A stretch of DNA of 64,000 bases from Macrostomum lignano. Taxonomy: Eukaryota. The position numbers and the translations under genes are program-made. The notes under the pieces were generated by a model. That model was not told the origin of the DNA and did not search any database. It was given only the letters and a program-made list of their open reading frames with translations. Shown in pieces: positions 51,660 through 64,000 of this stretch. The stretch is from contig NIVC01002154.1 of the NCBI GenBank assembly GCA_002269645.1, forward strand, positions 84,706-148,705, read 5' to 3'. The first letter of the stretch is position 1; each line of letters opens with the position of its first letter.

Positions 51660-51925
51660 TAGCAACGGGTTGTTCACCTTAGCAACGGATTGATTACCTT
51701 AGTAATGGGTTGATGGGTTGACCTTAGCAACTGGTTAAATTACCTTAGCAACTGGTTGATTACCTTAGCAACGGGTTGATTACATTAGCAACTGGTTGAT
51801 TATCTTAGCAATGGGTTGATTATCTTAGCAATGGGTTGATTACCTTAGCAACTGGCTGATTACCTTAGCAACTGGTTGATTACCTTAGCAACGAGTTGAT
51901 TACCTTAGCAACTGATTGATAACCT
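51660..51925. repeat. 20-bp minisatellite (TACCTTAGCAACTGGTTGAT)
   Basis: Seen directly. Confidence 0.92.
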
Positions 51926-52746
51926 TTTTATCTTAGCAATGTCTTTCTTAACAAACGCATTTTACCTTAGCTTACCTGGACTATTTTATTATAGCTTGAA
52001 ACAGCATTAAATTAGAGATGAGCGCCGTCACTAAGGTAAACAACAGCTGTTGCGATGTCTGCGTTTTTCTTTTTTAGCCATTTTTTACAAAAGAATTCGA
52101 GATCTCTAGGTATTCAATACCTGTTAGCTGCGTGAGGACTTGATCAAATCCGCTAGCTTTTTTATTCCTGATAGTCACTAAAACAAAAACGGGTTTTTTT
52201 CCGTGAAGTTTGAATTCGAATTTTATAGTTAATTTTTTGTTGCTCTTGGCTGTTGTGTCCCGAATTAGTTGAATTTGTAATTCTGTCTCTTAGCTGTTCT
52301 TATCTCTGCATGGCTAGTTACATTTTTAAGATAAATCAAATTTTATTAGGAATCAATTTTTTAGTAACAAAGACTGCCTGCTCCGTCTAGGCGGATGCGG
52401 ACTGTTCAGAGTCTGACTATTTTTTGTTTTAATCAACTCGAACCTGCCCTGTCGCACAGCCGGCCCCCTTTTTTGGGGCCTTTTTTTGCCGCAAGCTTTT
52501 TTGTGTACTTCTAGTCTGGTCCATTTTAACTGTCCATTCAGATTTATTTAGCAAGGCATCAACTACATTGTTCGCTATTCTCTCGCGGCGGCTCTGACTG
52601 TGTGTCTCTGGTGCCAAAGCAGCTCCGCATCTTGCTTTTTTCTGCTGCCGTTCTAGTGCGCTCGTGCCCCAACTTCTGGTATCCCGGCATGCTGATCTTT
52701 GAGTAACTCCAACTCCCAGGAGACTGGCGTGTAGCGGCGGATTGTA

Positions 52747-53265
52747 AGCGGTGTCCCGCTGAAGAACTGCAGGGGTAGCGGTGAAGGGGGTAGCGGTGTC
52801 CCGCTGAAGTGTGAAGGGGGTAGCGGTGTCCCGCTGAAGTGTGAAGGGGGGTAGCGGTGTCCCGCTGAAGGGTGAAGAGGGGTAGCGGTGTCCCGCTGAA
52901 GGGTAAAGGGGGGTAGCGGTGTCCCGCTGAAGGGTGAAGGGGGTAGCGGTGTCCCGCTGAAGTGTGAAGGGGGGTAGCGGTGTCCCGCTGAAGGGTGAAG
53001 AGGGGTAGCGGTGTCCCGCTGAAGGGTAAAGGGGGGTAGCGGTGTCCCGCTGAAGGGTAAAGGGGGGTAGCGGTGTCCCGCTGAAGGGTAAAGGGGGGTA
53101 GCGGTGTCCCGCTGAAGGGTAAAGGGGGGTAGCGGTGTCCCGCTGAAGGGTGAAGAGGGGTAGCGGTGTCCCGCTGAAGGGTGAAGAGGGGTAGCGGTGT
53201 CCCGCTGAAGGGTGAAGAGGGGTAGCGGTGTTCCGCTTAAGAGTGGGGGGGGGGGTAGCGGTATC
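52747..53265. repeat. ~31-bp G-rich minisatellite with internal AGCGG-TGTC-CCGCT hairpin
   Basis: Seen directly. Confidence 0.95.
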
Positions 53266-54111
53266 CCACGGAAGAACTGCAGGGCTGTGGGGGCGGTGAC
53301 CTACGGCAGTAAAAAGTGCAGCCAAATTCCCGCTGCGCAAGGCAGCGATATGAAAGTAGGTTTCCTATTGTTCTCCTAGCCGATCCCGGATGGCCCGGAG
53401 AGGCTGAACCCGTTCCCGTTGAATGAATGAATGCTTTGTTTTTTTGTTATTCTGTTATCGTCCCGACACTGAGCTGCTAGATGCTATCCGGTGTGACTTC
53501 TCTGTTGGCAGGCAGTTGGGTATGTTGTGTTCGTGCGCCCTTGTTTTCGTACAAACCCCCTTTGCGGCGGAGACAAATACACGCTGGAAGTCGCACCGTG
53601 TCAGGTGTAGCATTTCTCAGGCCTTTCACCGTGTTGCTCATTCGCTTTCATTGATGGAGGCGGTGGAAAAGTACAGCATGGGCTAAATATGGCATTTTTG
53701 TGGGGAACTCTGGCTAGGATGGCGAGCAGCTGGGGGGACTGTTGAGTTTGGAGTGCGGCAGCAGCTCGTCTCTAATTTTGTTGACAGGCGCTCCCGGCTA
53801 AATATGGCTCAGGCTGCACTTGAGTCGGGGGGTGATGGATGGTGCACATTGTTTCACTTCCCTTCCCTGCCCTACTCGGCATTGCCCCATTATTAGTCTA
53901 GGGGGTGGGTTGAGGGGTGAGGAGCGACTCGCTGTCTTGCTGCTTTCTTACCTTTTTTGTCCCACTTTCTTGCCACCCAGCTCCGGGTGAGCGCATTGTC
54001 TCTGCCGTGTCCATATTTGGCAATGTTTGCTTCTGCAGAAGTTTTTTGCTGTATTTGCAAACAGCTTTACCTGTGTTAATTTCTGTGCCAGTTCTAATGA
54101 CAGTAGCCGTA

Positions 54112-55053
54112 ATATGACCTGGCAGTGGCAGGTGTTAATTGCTGGCTTTATGACCTGGCAGTGGCAGGTGTTAATTGCTGGCTTTATGACCTGGCAGTGG
54201 CAGGTGTTAATTGCTGGCTTTATGACCTGGCAGTGGCAGGTGTTAATTGCTGGCTTTATGACCTGGCAGTGGCAGGTGTTAATTGCTGGCTTTATGACCT
54301 GGCAGTGGCAGGTGTTAATTGCTGGCTTTATGACCTGGCAGTGGCAGGTGTTAATTGCTGGCTTTATGACCTGGCAGTGGCAGGTGTTAATTGCTGGCTT
54401 TATGACTTAACAGTTCCAGGTGTTAATTGCTGGCTTTATGACCTGGCAGTGGCAGGTGTTAATTGCTGGCTTTATGACTTAACAGTTCCAGGTGTTAATT
54501 GCTGGCTTTATGACCTGGCAGTGGCAGGTGTTAATTGCTGGCTTTATGACTTAACAGTTCCAGGTGTTAATTGCTGGCTTTATGACCTGGCACTGGCAGG
54601 TGTTAATTGCTGGTTTTCTGACCTGGCAGTGGCAGGTGTTAATTGCTGGCTTTATGACCTGGCAGTGGCAGGTGTTAATTGCTGGCTTTATGACTTAACA
54701 GTTCCAGGTGTTAATTGCTGGCTTTATGACCTGGCACTGGCAGGTGTTAATTGCTGCCTTTATGAACTGGCAGTGGCAGGTGTTAATTGCTGGCTTTATG
54801 ACCTGGCAGTGGCAGGTGTTAATTGCTGGCTTTATGACTTAACAGTTCCAGGTGTTAATTGCTGGCTTTATGACCTGGCACTGGCAGGTGTTAATTGCTG
54901 CCTTTATGAACTGGCAGTGGCAGGTGTTAATTGCTGGTATTCTGACCTAGCAGTGGCAGGTGTTAATTGCTGGCTTTATGAACTGGCACTGGCAGGTGTT
55001 AATTGCTGGCTTTATGACCTGGCACTGGCAGGTGTTAATTGCTGGCTTTATGA
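54112..55053. repeat. 36-bp minisatellite (TATGACCTGGCAGTGGCAGGTGTTAATTGCTGGCTT)
   Basis: Seen directly. Confidence 0.97.
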
Positions 55054-55476
55054 CTCAGTGGCATAAAAAGATTGCGCACATCAAAAGCTTTTATCATATT
55101 CATGTTTTTGATTCGCATAAATTAGCAAGCTCTTGTATTCGCTTTGTTATCTCTTCATGATTTTTGTGCGTTTATTGCCATGGCTCATTGCTTTTGACAT
55201 TCGATTTGTAGCTCACGTGTGAGTGCTTGTTAGCTAGTAAATATATAATTGACCATTTGGTCAGCTTCTTTGTTTGAAGCCATCGCTTTTTTAGTTCTCA
55301 TTTTTGCACTGCCTACAGTGATACGAGCGTAGCTAGATTGCGTGTGCATCAATTGTGCATATAGGACAGGGATTGCTTGTGAAATGTGTTGCACTGCAGA
55401 TTCTGAAAAGGTTTGGTTACTCTGTATGGGTGAACCGTAAATGAGCAAAGTGAAGACCGTAAATAGGATAACAGGG

Positions 55477-56530
55477 ACCGTGAACAGGCACAGCGGAGAC
55501 CGTGAATAAGCAAACCAGGGACCGCGAACAGGCACAGCGGAGACCGTGAATAGGCAAACCAGAAACCGTGAATAGCAAACCACAGACTGTGAATAGGCAA
55601 ACCAGAAACCGTGAATAGCAAACCACAGACCGTGAATAGGCAAACCAGAGACCGTGAATAGGCAAACCAGAGACTGTGAATAGGCACACCAGAGACCGTG
55701 AATAGGCAAGGCGGAGACCGTAAATGTAAATAGGCACAGCGGAGACCGTGAATAGGCAAACCAGAGACCGTGAATAGGCAAGGCGGAGACCGTGAATAGG
55801 CAAACCAGAGACCGTGAATAGGCAAACCAGAGACTGTGAATAGGCAAGGCGGAGACCGTGAATAGGCAAACCAGAAACCGTGAATAGCAAACCACAGACC
55901 GTGAATAGGCAAACCAGAAACCGTGAATAGCAAACCACAGACCGTGAATAGGCAAACCAGAGACCGTGAATAGGCAAACCAGAGACTGTGAATAGGCACA
56001 CCAGAGACCGTGAATAGGCAAGGCGGAGACCGTAAATGTAAATAGGCACAGCGGAGACCGTGAATAGGCAAACCAGAGAGCGTGAATAGGCAAACCAGAG
56101 ACCGTGAATAGGCAAACCAGAGACCGTGAATAGGCAAACCAGAGACCGTGAATAGGCAAACCAGAGACCGTGAATAGGCAAACCAGAGACCGTTAATAGG
56201 CAAACCAGAGACTGTGAATAAGCAAACCAGAGACCGTGAATAGGCAAACCAGAGACCGTGAATAGGCAAACCAGAGACCGTGAATAGGCAAACCAGAGAC
56301 CGTGAATAGGCAAACCAGAGACTGTGAATAGGCAAACCAGAGACCGTGAATAGGCAAACCAGAGACCGTGAATAGGCAAGGCGGAGACCGTGAATAGGCA
56401 AACCAGAGACCGTGAATAGGCAAACCAGAGACCGTGAATAGGCAAACCAGAGACTGTGAATAGGCAAACCAGAGACCGTGAATAGGCAAACCAGAGACTG
56501 TGAATAGGCAAACCAGAGACCGTTAATAGG
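55477..56530. repeat. 22-bp minisatellite (GAGACCGTGAATAGGCAAACCA)
   Basis: Seen directly. Confidence 0.96.
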
Positions 56531-57022
56531 CGAGCACGGGAGCACGTTATTTCTCCCTACGATATTCCCGCATCTTCTAATTTCTGCGGGAAAAGTTCCG
56601 CATCTGTCTAGGCCACCCCCATTTTTATAAATAGAAGAAAAGAATGTTGAGCCATGCAGGGCAGACAAAAAGAGCCGAGTTCTGAAAGAAAAAGGCAGAT
56701 AGACGAGAGGAAATTATTAGTTTGCGCAGACTCTGCTACACAAGCCTGCGCCAGTGACAGTGTGGGTTGATAGCCTAGCAGCAGGGGCGGTCCTCTCCAT
56801 CCCTGCCGTCCCGTTCGTGACTGAGCTGGGGGGCGGCCCCGAGTTCGAAACTCGCCGAACGGGGGCGGCATTGCAATAAAAATAGAAGAAGTTCGCCCGG
56901 CCTGATTGATGGCTGATGAACTAGCTAATAGCTCAAGTTCGCTCGCGTGCATGCGGCTCCGATTGCAGCTGCTCCCGAGGCGTGTAGTTCTGAATTTCAG
57001 TATATGTGAAGTGGAGGCAGCA

Positions 57023-58382
57023 TCAGTTTACTCCAGAGTGTGGCTGTGAAACTCCATGGCTTGAGCATCGATCAGTTTACTCCAGAGTGTGGCTGTGAAA
57101 CTCCATGGCTTGAGCATCGATCAGTTAACTCCAGAGTCTGGTTGTGAAACTCCATGGCTTGAGCATCGATCAGTTAACTCCAGAGTGTGTTTGTGAAACT
57201 CCATGGCTTGAGCATCGATCAGTTAACTCCAGAGTCTGGTTGTGAAACTCCATGGCTTGAGCATCGATCAGTTAACTCCAGAGTGTGGTTGTGAAACTCC
57301 ATGGCTTGAGCATCGATCAGTTAACTCCAGAGTGTGTTTGTGAAACTCCATGGCTTGAGCATCGATCAGTTAACTCCAGAGTCTGTTTGTGAAACTCCAT
57401 GGCTTGAGCATCGATCAGTTAACTCCAGAGTGTGTTTGTGAAACTCCATGGCTTGAGCATCGATCAGTTAACTCCAGAGTCTGGTTGTGAAACTCCATGG
57501 CTTGAGCATCGATCAGTTAACTCCAGAGTCTGGTTGTGAAACTCCATGGCTTGAGCATCGATCAGTTAACTCCAGAGTCTGGTTGTGAAACTCCATGGCT
57601 TGAGCATCGATCAGTTAACTCCAGAGTCTGGTTGTGAAACTCCATGGCTTGAGCATCGATCAGTTAACTCCAGAGTGTGTTTGTGAAACTCCATGGCTTG
57701 AGCATCGATCAGTTAACTCCATAGTCTGGTTGTGAAACTCCATGGCTTGAGCATCGATCAGTTAACTCCAGAGTGTGTTTGTGAAACTCCATGGCTTGAG
57801 CATCGATCAGTTAACTCCATAGTCTGGTTGTGAAACTCCATGGCTTGAGCATCGATCAGTTAACTCCAGAGTGTGGTTGTGAAACTCCATGGCTTGAGCA
57901 TCGATCAGTTAACTCCATAGTCTGGTTGTGAAACTCCATGGCTTGAGCATCGATAAGTTAACTCCAGAGTGTGTTTGTGAAACTCCATGGCTTGAGCATC
58001 GATCAGTTAACTCCAGAGTGTGTTTGTGAAACTCCATGGCTTGAGCATCGATCAGTTAACTCCAGAGTCTGGTTGTGAAACTCCATGGCTTGAGCATCGA
58101 TCAGTTAACTCCATAGTCTGGTTGTGAAACTCCATGGCTTGAGCATCGATCAGTTAACTCCAGAGTGTGGCTGTGAAACTCCATGGCTTGAGCATCGATC
58201 AGTTAACTCCAGAGTGTGGCTGTGAAACTCCATGGCTTGAGCATCGATCAGTTAACTCCAGAGTGTGGCTGTGAAACTCCATGGCTTGAGCATCGATCAG
58301 TTAACTCCAGAGTGTGGCTGGGAAACTCCATGGCTTGAGCATCGATCAGTTAACTCCAGAGTGTGGCTGTGAAACTCCATGG
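57023..58382. repeat. 49-bp minisatellite
   Basis: Unit CCAGAGTGTGGTTGTGAAACTCCATGGCTTGAGCATCGATCAGTTAACT, about 27 copies. Confidence 0.98.
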
Positions 58383-59094
58383 CGCCATGGCAACACGAGA
58401 TTAAACAGGCAGGCACGGGGGGTTGCTGCTCAACACGTTCACTTACTTTTTGCCTTCTCTTCCCAGGCGTTCTGAGTTTGGGATTTCCTTTTTTGGCCAC
58501 TAGAATATGAAGAGGCCGGGCTGATTTTATCCACTGCCTGCCCCGCCCTGCCACAGCGAATGTCAAAGCAGCCCTCTGCTCTCCTTTTTTCTGCTGCTCA
58601 AAAGATTTCCTAATAGCAGCGGCGGCGATGGGGTTGGGGATGAAATAAAAACATTTTTGTAGCTGGACATGGGATTTCGGGCAATGTCTATTTTTAGTAT
58701 GCTGGGAGATTTCCTTATTTATCCAACACAAGGAAGCAAAGATATAAAATTTTCTTTGCCATGCGAGCCTGTTGTGGATATGCTTTATGTTTTATCAAAA
58801 CTGCTCCATCAGTGATGTAGCTGCTGTCCTGCTTTCAAAGAGCGATTTTCCAAGAAAAGCTGTTGTTGCAAATCAAATGTTTCCTAAATTAGTTTTCAAG
58901 CACAAATGGCTTGCTACAATAGTTCTTAAAAAAGTGGGTTTCCTAGAAGAGGTCTAAAATGTGATGTGTTTCTTAGAAAGGACTTGTATATGTTTCTTAG
59001 AAAAGAACTCAATCGGAAGCTCAGTATAACAAATATCTACAGTTCCTGAGAAAAAAGAGTACAGTTTTTTAAGCTTCATTTTCCGCTGGCCTTC

Positions 59095-59646
59095 ATGGAA
59101 GACCACGACAGCTTTCTAACTGCAGGTGGCAGTGGCTTCGGCGGCCATGTTGCCATGGCAACTGACCTCCTGCGCCGTCTGCCTGGCCGCCAGCAGCAGC
59201 TGCGCAGCCTCGACGATCTTGGCGACGTCGTTGAGTTTTTCAGCGAGGTTTTCGCGCTCACCTGCCCGGAGGCCGCGACTTCCGTGCTTGACGAAGGCGG
59301 CGGCGCTGACGGTCTCGATAAACTGCGCGGCATCATCGACAGTCTGGCGGATGACGTCATCGGAGTGTCGCTGTCGCACATCCGGCCGAAGGACGTGCTG
59401 GCCGGGACCGGACCGCCGTCGGCAACCTGGTGGAGATTTTCCACGGCTTGGCCGAGTTCGCGCCCGACCTGGAGGCCGCCGCTGAGCCGCCGAGGACGTC
59501 AGCCATCGAGGCGGCGGTCGATGCGCGACCGCGTCCGCGTGCGGCTGCTGACGAGTTTCGGCCGGCAACGCCGCCGAGGCCGTCGGAGAATTCGACGCGG
59601 CAGCAGACATCAGCGGCGGCTGCGCGTATCGACTATGATAACCCTG
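59095..59646 (+). CDS. CEP95: CEP95 (CCDC45)-like centrosomal protein, exon 1 (frameshift at ~59404-59406)
   Basis: [25 protein letters not shown] + [18 protein letters not shown] matches CEP95 [43 protein letters not shown], if one G is added to a GGG run. GTTAGC donor at 59647. Confidence 0.8.
59149..59162. promoter_or_regulatory. Perfect palindromic RFX X-box GTTGCCATGGCAAC inside CEP95 exon 1
   Basis: Exact canonical X-box. A second near-match GGCGCCATGGCAAC lies at 58381-58394. Confidence 0.5.
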
Positions 59647-59651
59647 GTTAG

Positions 59652-60200
<549 letters not shown>

Positions 60201-60206
60201 TCGCAG

Positions 60207-60693
60207 GCCCAACTAAATCGCCAACCCGCAGCCCCGGAGATGCCGCCCTCGTTGCGCCGCTCCTACGAGCAGCTGCACCGGCTGGCGGACCGGACGCTGC
60301 GCCTGTCCAGGGAGGCGGTCACCGCTCCGGCCCCGGCAGCCAGCCGACTGGAGGACGACTCGGAGGACAGCGACGCCGGAGACGAATTTCAGCGCGGCCA
60401 GCAGTTGCGTTGGCGTCGGGCTTCGGAGGGCGCCGAGTTCAGAAATGATAACACAGAGAGTGATGAAGCTCCAGACGATGCCGCTTCAGCTTCCGACGGT
60501 GGAGATTCCGGGGTTGGCGGCGGCGGCGGTGAGGGTGGCGGCCGAGGCGGCCTCTGCTGCGGCCTACCGGCCACATCGCCTCGCACCAGGCTTGCGGGCT
60601 ACGCGGAGGAGCACGCGGTCCGGGTGGAGGAGGAGCGCCTGCGGCTGCGGCGGCTGCAGCGCGAGCGACAACTGCGGCTGGCTGCCGAGGCTG
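60207..60693 (+). CDS. CEP95: CEP95-like exon 2 (boundaries tentative)
   Basis: TGTCGCAG acceptor. Frame AQLNRQ...[21 protein letters not shown]...[15 protein letters not shown]. Probable GTGGGC donor at 60694 (phase 1); alternative GTTCGT at 60711. Confidence 0.55.
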
Positions 60694-60789
60694 GTGGGCG
60701 GGCCGACGGGGTTCGTGAAGCTGCTGTGGCTGCGTGCTGGGCGATGGGACTGAGAAATGAAAGACTGGGAGTCTCAGCCTTGGTGATGC

Positions 60790-61380
60790 AGAGCTGAGAG
60801 GCTGGACGAGGTGGACTGAGCGTCTGGGAGATGAAGGACCAAGAGTCTGGGAGATGAAGTGCCGAGAGTCTGGGAGATGAAGGACCGCGAGAGTCTGGAA
60901 GATGGAGTACCGAGAGTCTGGGAGATGAAGGACCGAGAGACTGGGAGATGAAGGACCGAAAGTCTGAGAGATGAAGGACCGAGACTGTGGGAGATGAAGT
61001 ACAGTGAGTCTGGGAGATGAAGGACCGCGAGAGTCTGGGAGATGGAGTACCGAGAGTCTAAGAGATGAAGGACCGAGAGTCTGGGAGATGATGGACCGAG
61101 AGTCTGGGAGATGAAGGACCGAGAGTCTGGGAGATGATGGACCGAGAGTCTGGGAGATGATGGACCGAGAGTCTGGGAGATGAAGGACCGAGAGTCTGAG
61201 AGATGAAGGACCGAGACTGTGGGAGATGAAGTACAGTGAGTCTGGGAGATGGAGTACCCAGAGTCTGGGAGATGGAGTACCGAGAGTCTGGGAGATGGAG
61301 TACCGAGAGTCTGGGAGATGCAGTGCCGAGAGTCTGGGAGGTGAATGACCGAGAGACTGGAACTGAGAGTGGACTGAGAG
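60790..61380. repeat. 23-bp intronic minisatellite (GAGAGTCTGGGAGATGAAGGACC)
   Basis: Seen directly. Confidence 0.94.
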
Positions 61381-61465
61381 TCAGCAGACGAAAGGGCAAC
61401 AGGGTAATCGAACTCATCTCAGAACTCAAACTTATTGATTTTTTGAACTCTCCAAAAACCCTCAG

Positions 61466-61632
61466 CGAGACACAGCGGCGGCAGCCGAGACGGCGATGCT
61501 GACAGAGCGCCGCAGGCAGCTGGAGGCGGCCTACCGCAGTCCGAGCGGCAGCTGCGGGATGAAGTAGGCGGAGGTCGGGGCCGCGGCGGCGGCCTCATCA
61601 AGAGCCGGGCGAGGCAGTGCCCTATAAAACAG
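61466..61632 (+). CDS. CEP95: CEP95-like exon 3 (tentative)
   Basis: CCCTCAG acceptor and CAG|GTGAAG donor. A 167-bp phase 1-to-0 exon that fits its neighbours. Confidence 0.55.
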
Positions 61633-61707
61633 GTGAAGGTTGTTGGGCCATGAACTTTTTATCATAGCTTATGCTAGCATTTGCTAGAATTTACCTTAGA
61701 TCAGGGT

Positions 61708-62410
61708 CCAGACCAGTCTCAGACAATGGCCCAGACCAGCCTCAGACAATGGCCCAGACTAGCCTCAGACAATGGCCCAGACCAGCCTCAGACAATGGCC
61801 CAGACTAGCCTCAGACAATGGCCCAGACCAGCCTCAGACAATGGCCCAGACTAGCCTCAGACAATGGCCCAGACCAGCCTCAGACAATGGCCCAGACTAG
61901 CCTCAGACAATGGCCCAGACCAGCCTCAGACAATGGCCCAGACTAGCCTCAGACAATGGCCCAGACCAGCCTCAGACAATGGCCCAGACCAGCCTCAGAC
62001 AATGGCCCAGACCAGCCTCAGACAATGGCCCAGACTAGCCTCAGACAATGGCCCAGACCAGCCTCAGACAATGGCCCAGACTAGCCTCAGACAATGGCCC
62101 ATACCAGCCTCAGACAATGGCCCAGACCAGCCTCAGACAATGGCCCAGACCAGCCTCAGACAATGGCCCAGACTAGCCTCAGACAATGGCCCAGACTAGC
62201 CTCAGACAATGGCCCAGACCAGCCTCAGACAATGGCCCAGACCAGCCTCAGACAATGGCCCAGACCAGCCTCAGGCTATGGCCCAGACCAGCCTCAGACA
62301 ATGGCCCAGACCAGCCTCAGGCTATGGCCCAGACCAGCCTCAGGCTATGGCCCAGACCAGCCTCAGGCAATGGCCCAGACCAGCCTCAGGCAATGGCCCA
62401 GACCAGCCTC
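61708..62410. repeat. 23-bp intronic minisatellite (CAGACCAGCCTCAGACAATGGCC)
   Basis: Seen directly. Confidence 0.97.
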
Positions 62411-62436
62411 AACCCTCCCCATTCCTAACCGCGCAG

Positions 62437-62873
62437 GCCAAGCAGCAGCGCAAGCGCTGTCCGGCTGCCCCCGGCGACCCCCAGCTGCTGCCGGAGCTGC
62501 TGTCCGAGTTCCCCTTCCTAGACGTGTCTGAGGCCACCCTCAGGCAGATGCGGGACCGCCTGGACCGCCACAGCCGCCACATGGCCGCCACGGCGGCTTC
62601 GGCTAGCCGAGGCGCCGGCGGCCGCGGAACAAGGCGGCGGCTGTTGTGGCGGACGCGGAGCGGCGGCAGCGGCTGCTGGTGGAGTCGCTCAGGCGGGAGG
62701 CGGCCGCTGCGGAGCGGCAGCGCGAGCAGTCGGAGAGGCGCGCGGCGGCGATTCGAGTCCGGGCTCTCGATCGGGAGCGGCGCAGTGAGTCGGCGAAGGC
62801 CAGGCAGTACTATGACCAGTTCGTTGCCAGGCAACGGGCTCGCATGCTGGCCAAGCGGTCCGTGGAGGAGCAG
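62437..62873 (+). CDS. CEP95: CEP95-like exon 4 (frameshift at ~62641-62646); downstream exons not identified with confidence
   Basis: LLPELLSEFPFLDVSEATLRQM matches [48 protein letters not shown] matches [32 protein letters not shown] donor at 62874. Confidence 0.82.
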
Positions 62874-63084
62874 GTGAGACTTAGAAGTACCTTGATGTAC
62901 TTTTTTCTGACTGAGGCCTTTACCGACCTGATTACCGGACACTCTTCCTCAAAGTGAATGCCTGTAAGACTGGGAGTTTTAATTAATCCGCATTGAAAGC
63001 GGGCCGGATTTGTACTTTGTTTCATTTGCCAGGCCATCCGCCCAGGGCCGGCGCTACGGCCGCTTCTCAGACAGAAAACCTGTT

Positions 63085-63342
63085 CTTCAGGACAGCTGAC
63101 CTGTTCTTGAGGACAACTGACCTGTTCTTGAGGACAGCTGACCTGTTCTTGAGGACAACTGACCTATTCTTGAGGACAACTGACCAGTTCTTGAGGACAA
63201 CTGACCTGTTCTTGAGGACAACTGACCTGTTCTTGAGGACAACTGACCTGTTCTTGAGGACAGCTGACCTGTTCTTGAGGACAGCTGACCTGTTCTTGAG
63301 GACAGCTGACCTGTTCTTGAGGACAGCTGACCAGTTCTTGAG
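63085..63342. repeat. 21-bp minisatellite (TTCTTGAGGACAGCTGACCTG)
   Basis: Seen directly. A degenerate unit resumes at ~63658, after the SINE. Confidence 0.95.
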
Positions 63343-63352
63343 GGCATGACTA

Positions 63353-63658
63353 TGGTTATAGCGTAGTGGTTAGAGCGTCGGACTCGCGACTTGAAGGTCA
63401 GAGGTTCGATTCCCGATCCCAATCGCGAACAAATTGCGTCCTTGAGCAAAGCACTCAACTCTGCATTCGTCAGTTCACCCAGCTGTAAAATGGGTGCCGG
63501 CATTAGCTGGGGTAATTGAGGGTGTGGCGACCCCCCAGTCCTTGGACTGAACAGCCGTACGCAGCCTTCAGATGCGCCGCGCAAAAGCTGCAGCTGACCT
63601 GTCGGTTGCACACCTGCGCATTGGGGCAGGTGTAATCAATTTCTTATTACTATTATTG
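63353..63658 (+). mobile_element. tRNA-derived SINE with CORE-like central domain
   Basis: A box TAGCGTAGTGG (63359), B box GGTTCGATTCC (63403), then GTCCTTGAGCAAAGCACTCAAC...CAGTTCACCCAGCTGTAAAATGGG resembling the MIR/CORE consensus, and a TTA-rich tail. Confidence 0.85.
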
Positions 63659-64000
63659 AGAGGCAACTGACCAGTTCTTATGTGTCAGTTCTTGTCTGTC
63701 AGCTCTTATGTATCAGCTATTTTCTCCAATTTAAATTCCATATATTTTCTCATCTGGCAATATGTATGGAAAAATTAGTTTCCGCACTGAAGCGAGGTGC
63801 AACTCGAGCAAACGTCACAAGAATTAAGGAAGCCGCTTGTGTGCGGGGCTTCCAGAAACAAAGAGGGCCGGTCGTTGAGCCCCTCGACCTTGCGATCTCT
63901 CGAGTAATATGCACTAGTCAGGGAGGAGATGACACCTCTAGGTCACTCCTGCTCGGAGCTCGAGAAGTGCTGAGAAGCTCTTCCGCCTATAATATAAGTG

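Noticed and set aside
52429-56668. 300-440-aa ORFs over the 31-, 36- and 22-bp arrays
   Set aside because: Repeat-derived. The short unique tail at 52429-52760 has no recognisable homology or clear splice support.
56828-56860. B-box-like hairpin CGAGTTCGAAACTCG
   Set aside because: No A box or cloverleaf, so not callable as a tRNA or SINE.
61530-61545. Apparent third frameshift in CEP95 exon 3
   Set aside because: A phase-1 reading using the donor at 60694 passes through the exon without any indel.

Overview
Eukaryotic (animal) genomic DNA, not prokaryotic. GC-rich, poly-Ala/Gln-rich exons sit among AT-rich spacers, and about 25 different tandem repeats are present, many filling introns. 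This architecture strongly suggests a flatworm such as Macrostomum lignano (inference, not verified). From left to right: a ~7.9-kb 51-bp satellite; an internally deleted mariner; a ~2.6-kb tandem duplication carrying a solo LTR; a divergent multi-exon Nuclear Factor I gene; an orphan single-pass membrane ORF; an intronless divergent Skp1 paralog; a fibrinogen-domain pseudo-exon; a Gypsy integrase relic; a hAT MITE; a 3-exon TBC1D16-like gene lacking both GAP catalytic fingers; a CEP95-like gene with frameshifts and RFX X-boxes; and a tRNA-derived CORE-type SINE. Most long ORFs in the track are tandem-repeat artefacts. I found no clear-cut new multi-gene system. The best leads are the pseudo-GAP TBC1D16, the NFI lacking its redox cysteine, the satellite whose unit translates to a mariner-like motif, minisatellite-filled introns, and transcription-factor-site minisatellites (MEF2/AP-1, RFX). 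Family assignments come from recalled motifs, not database searches.
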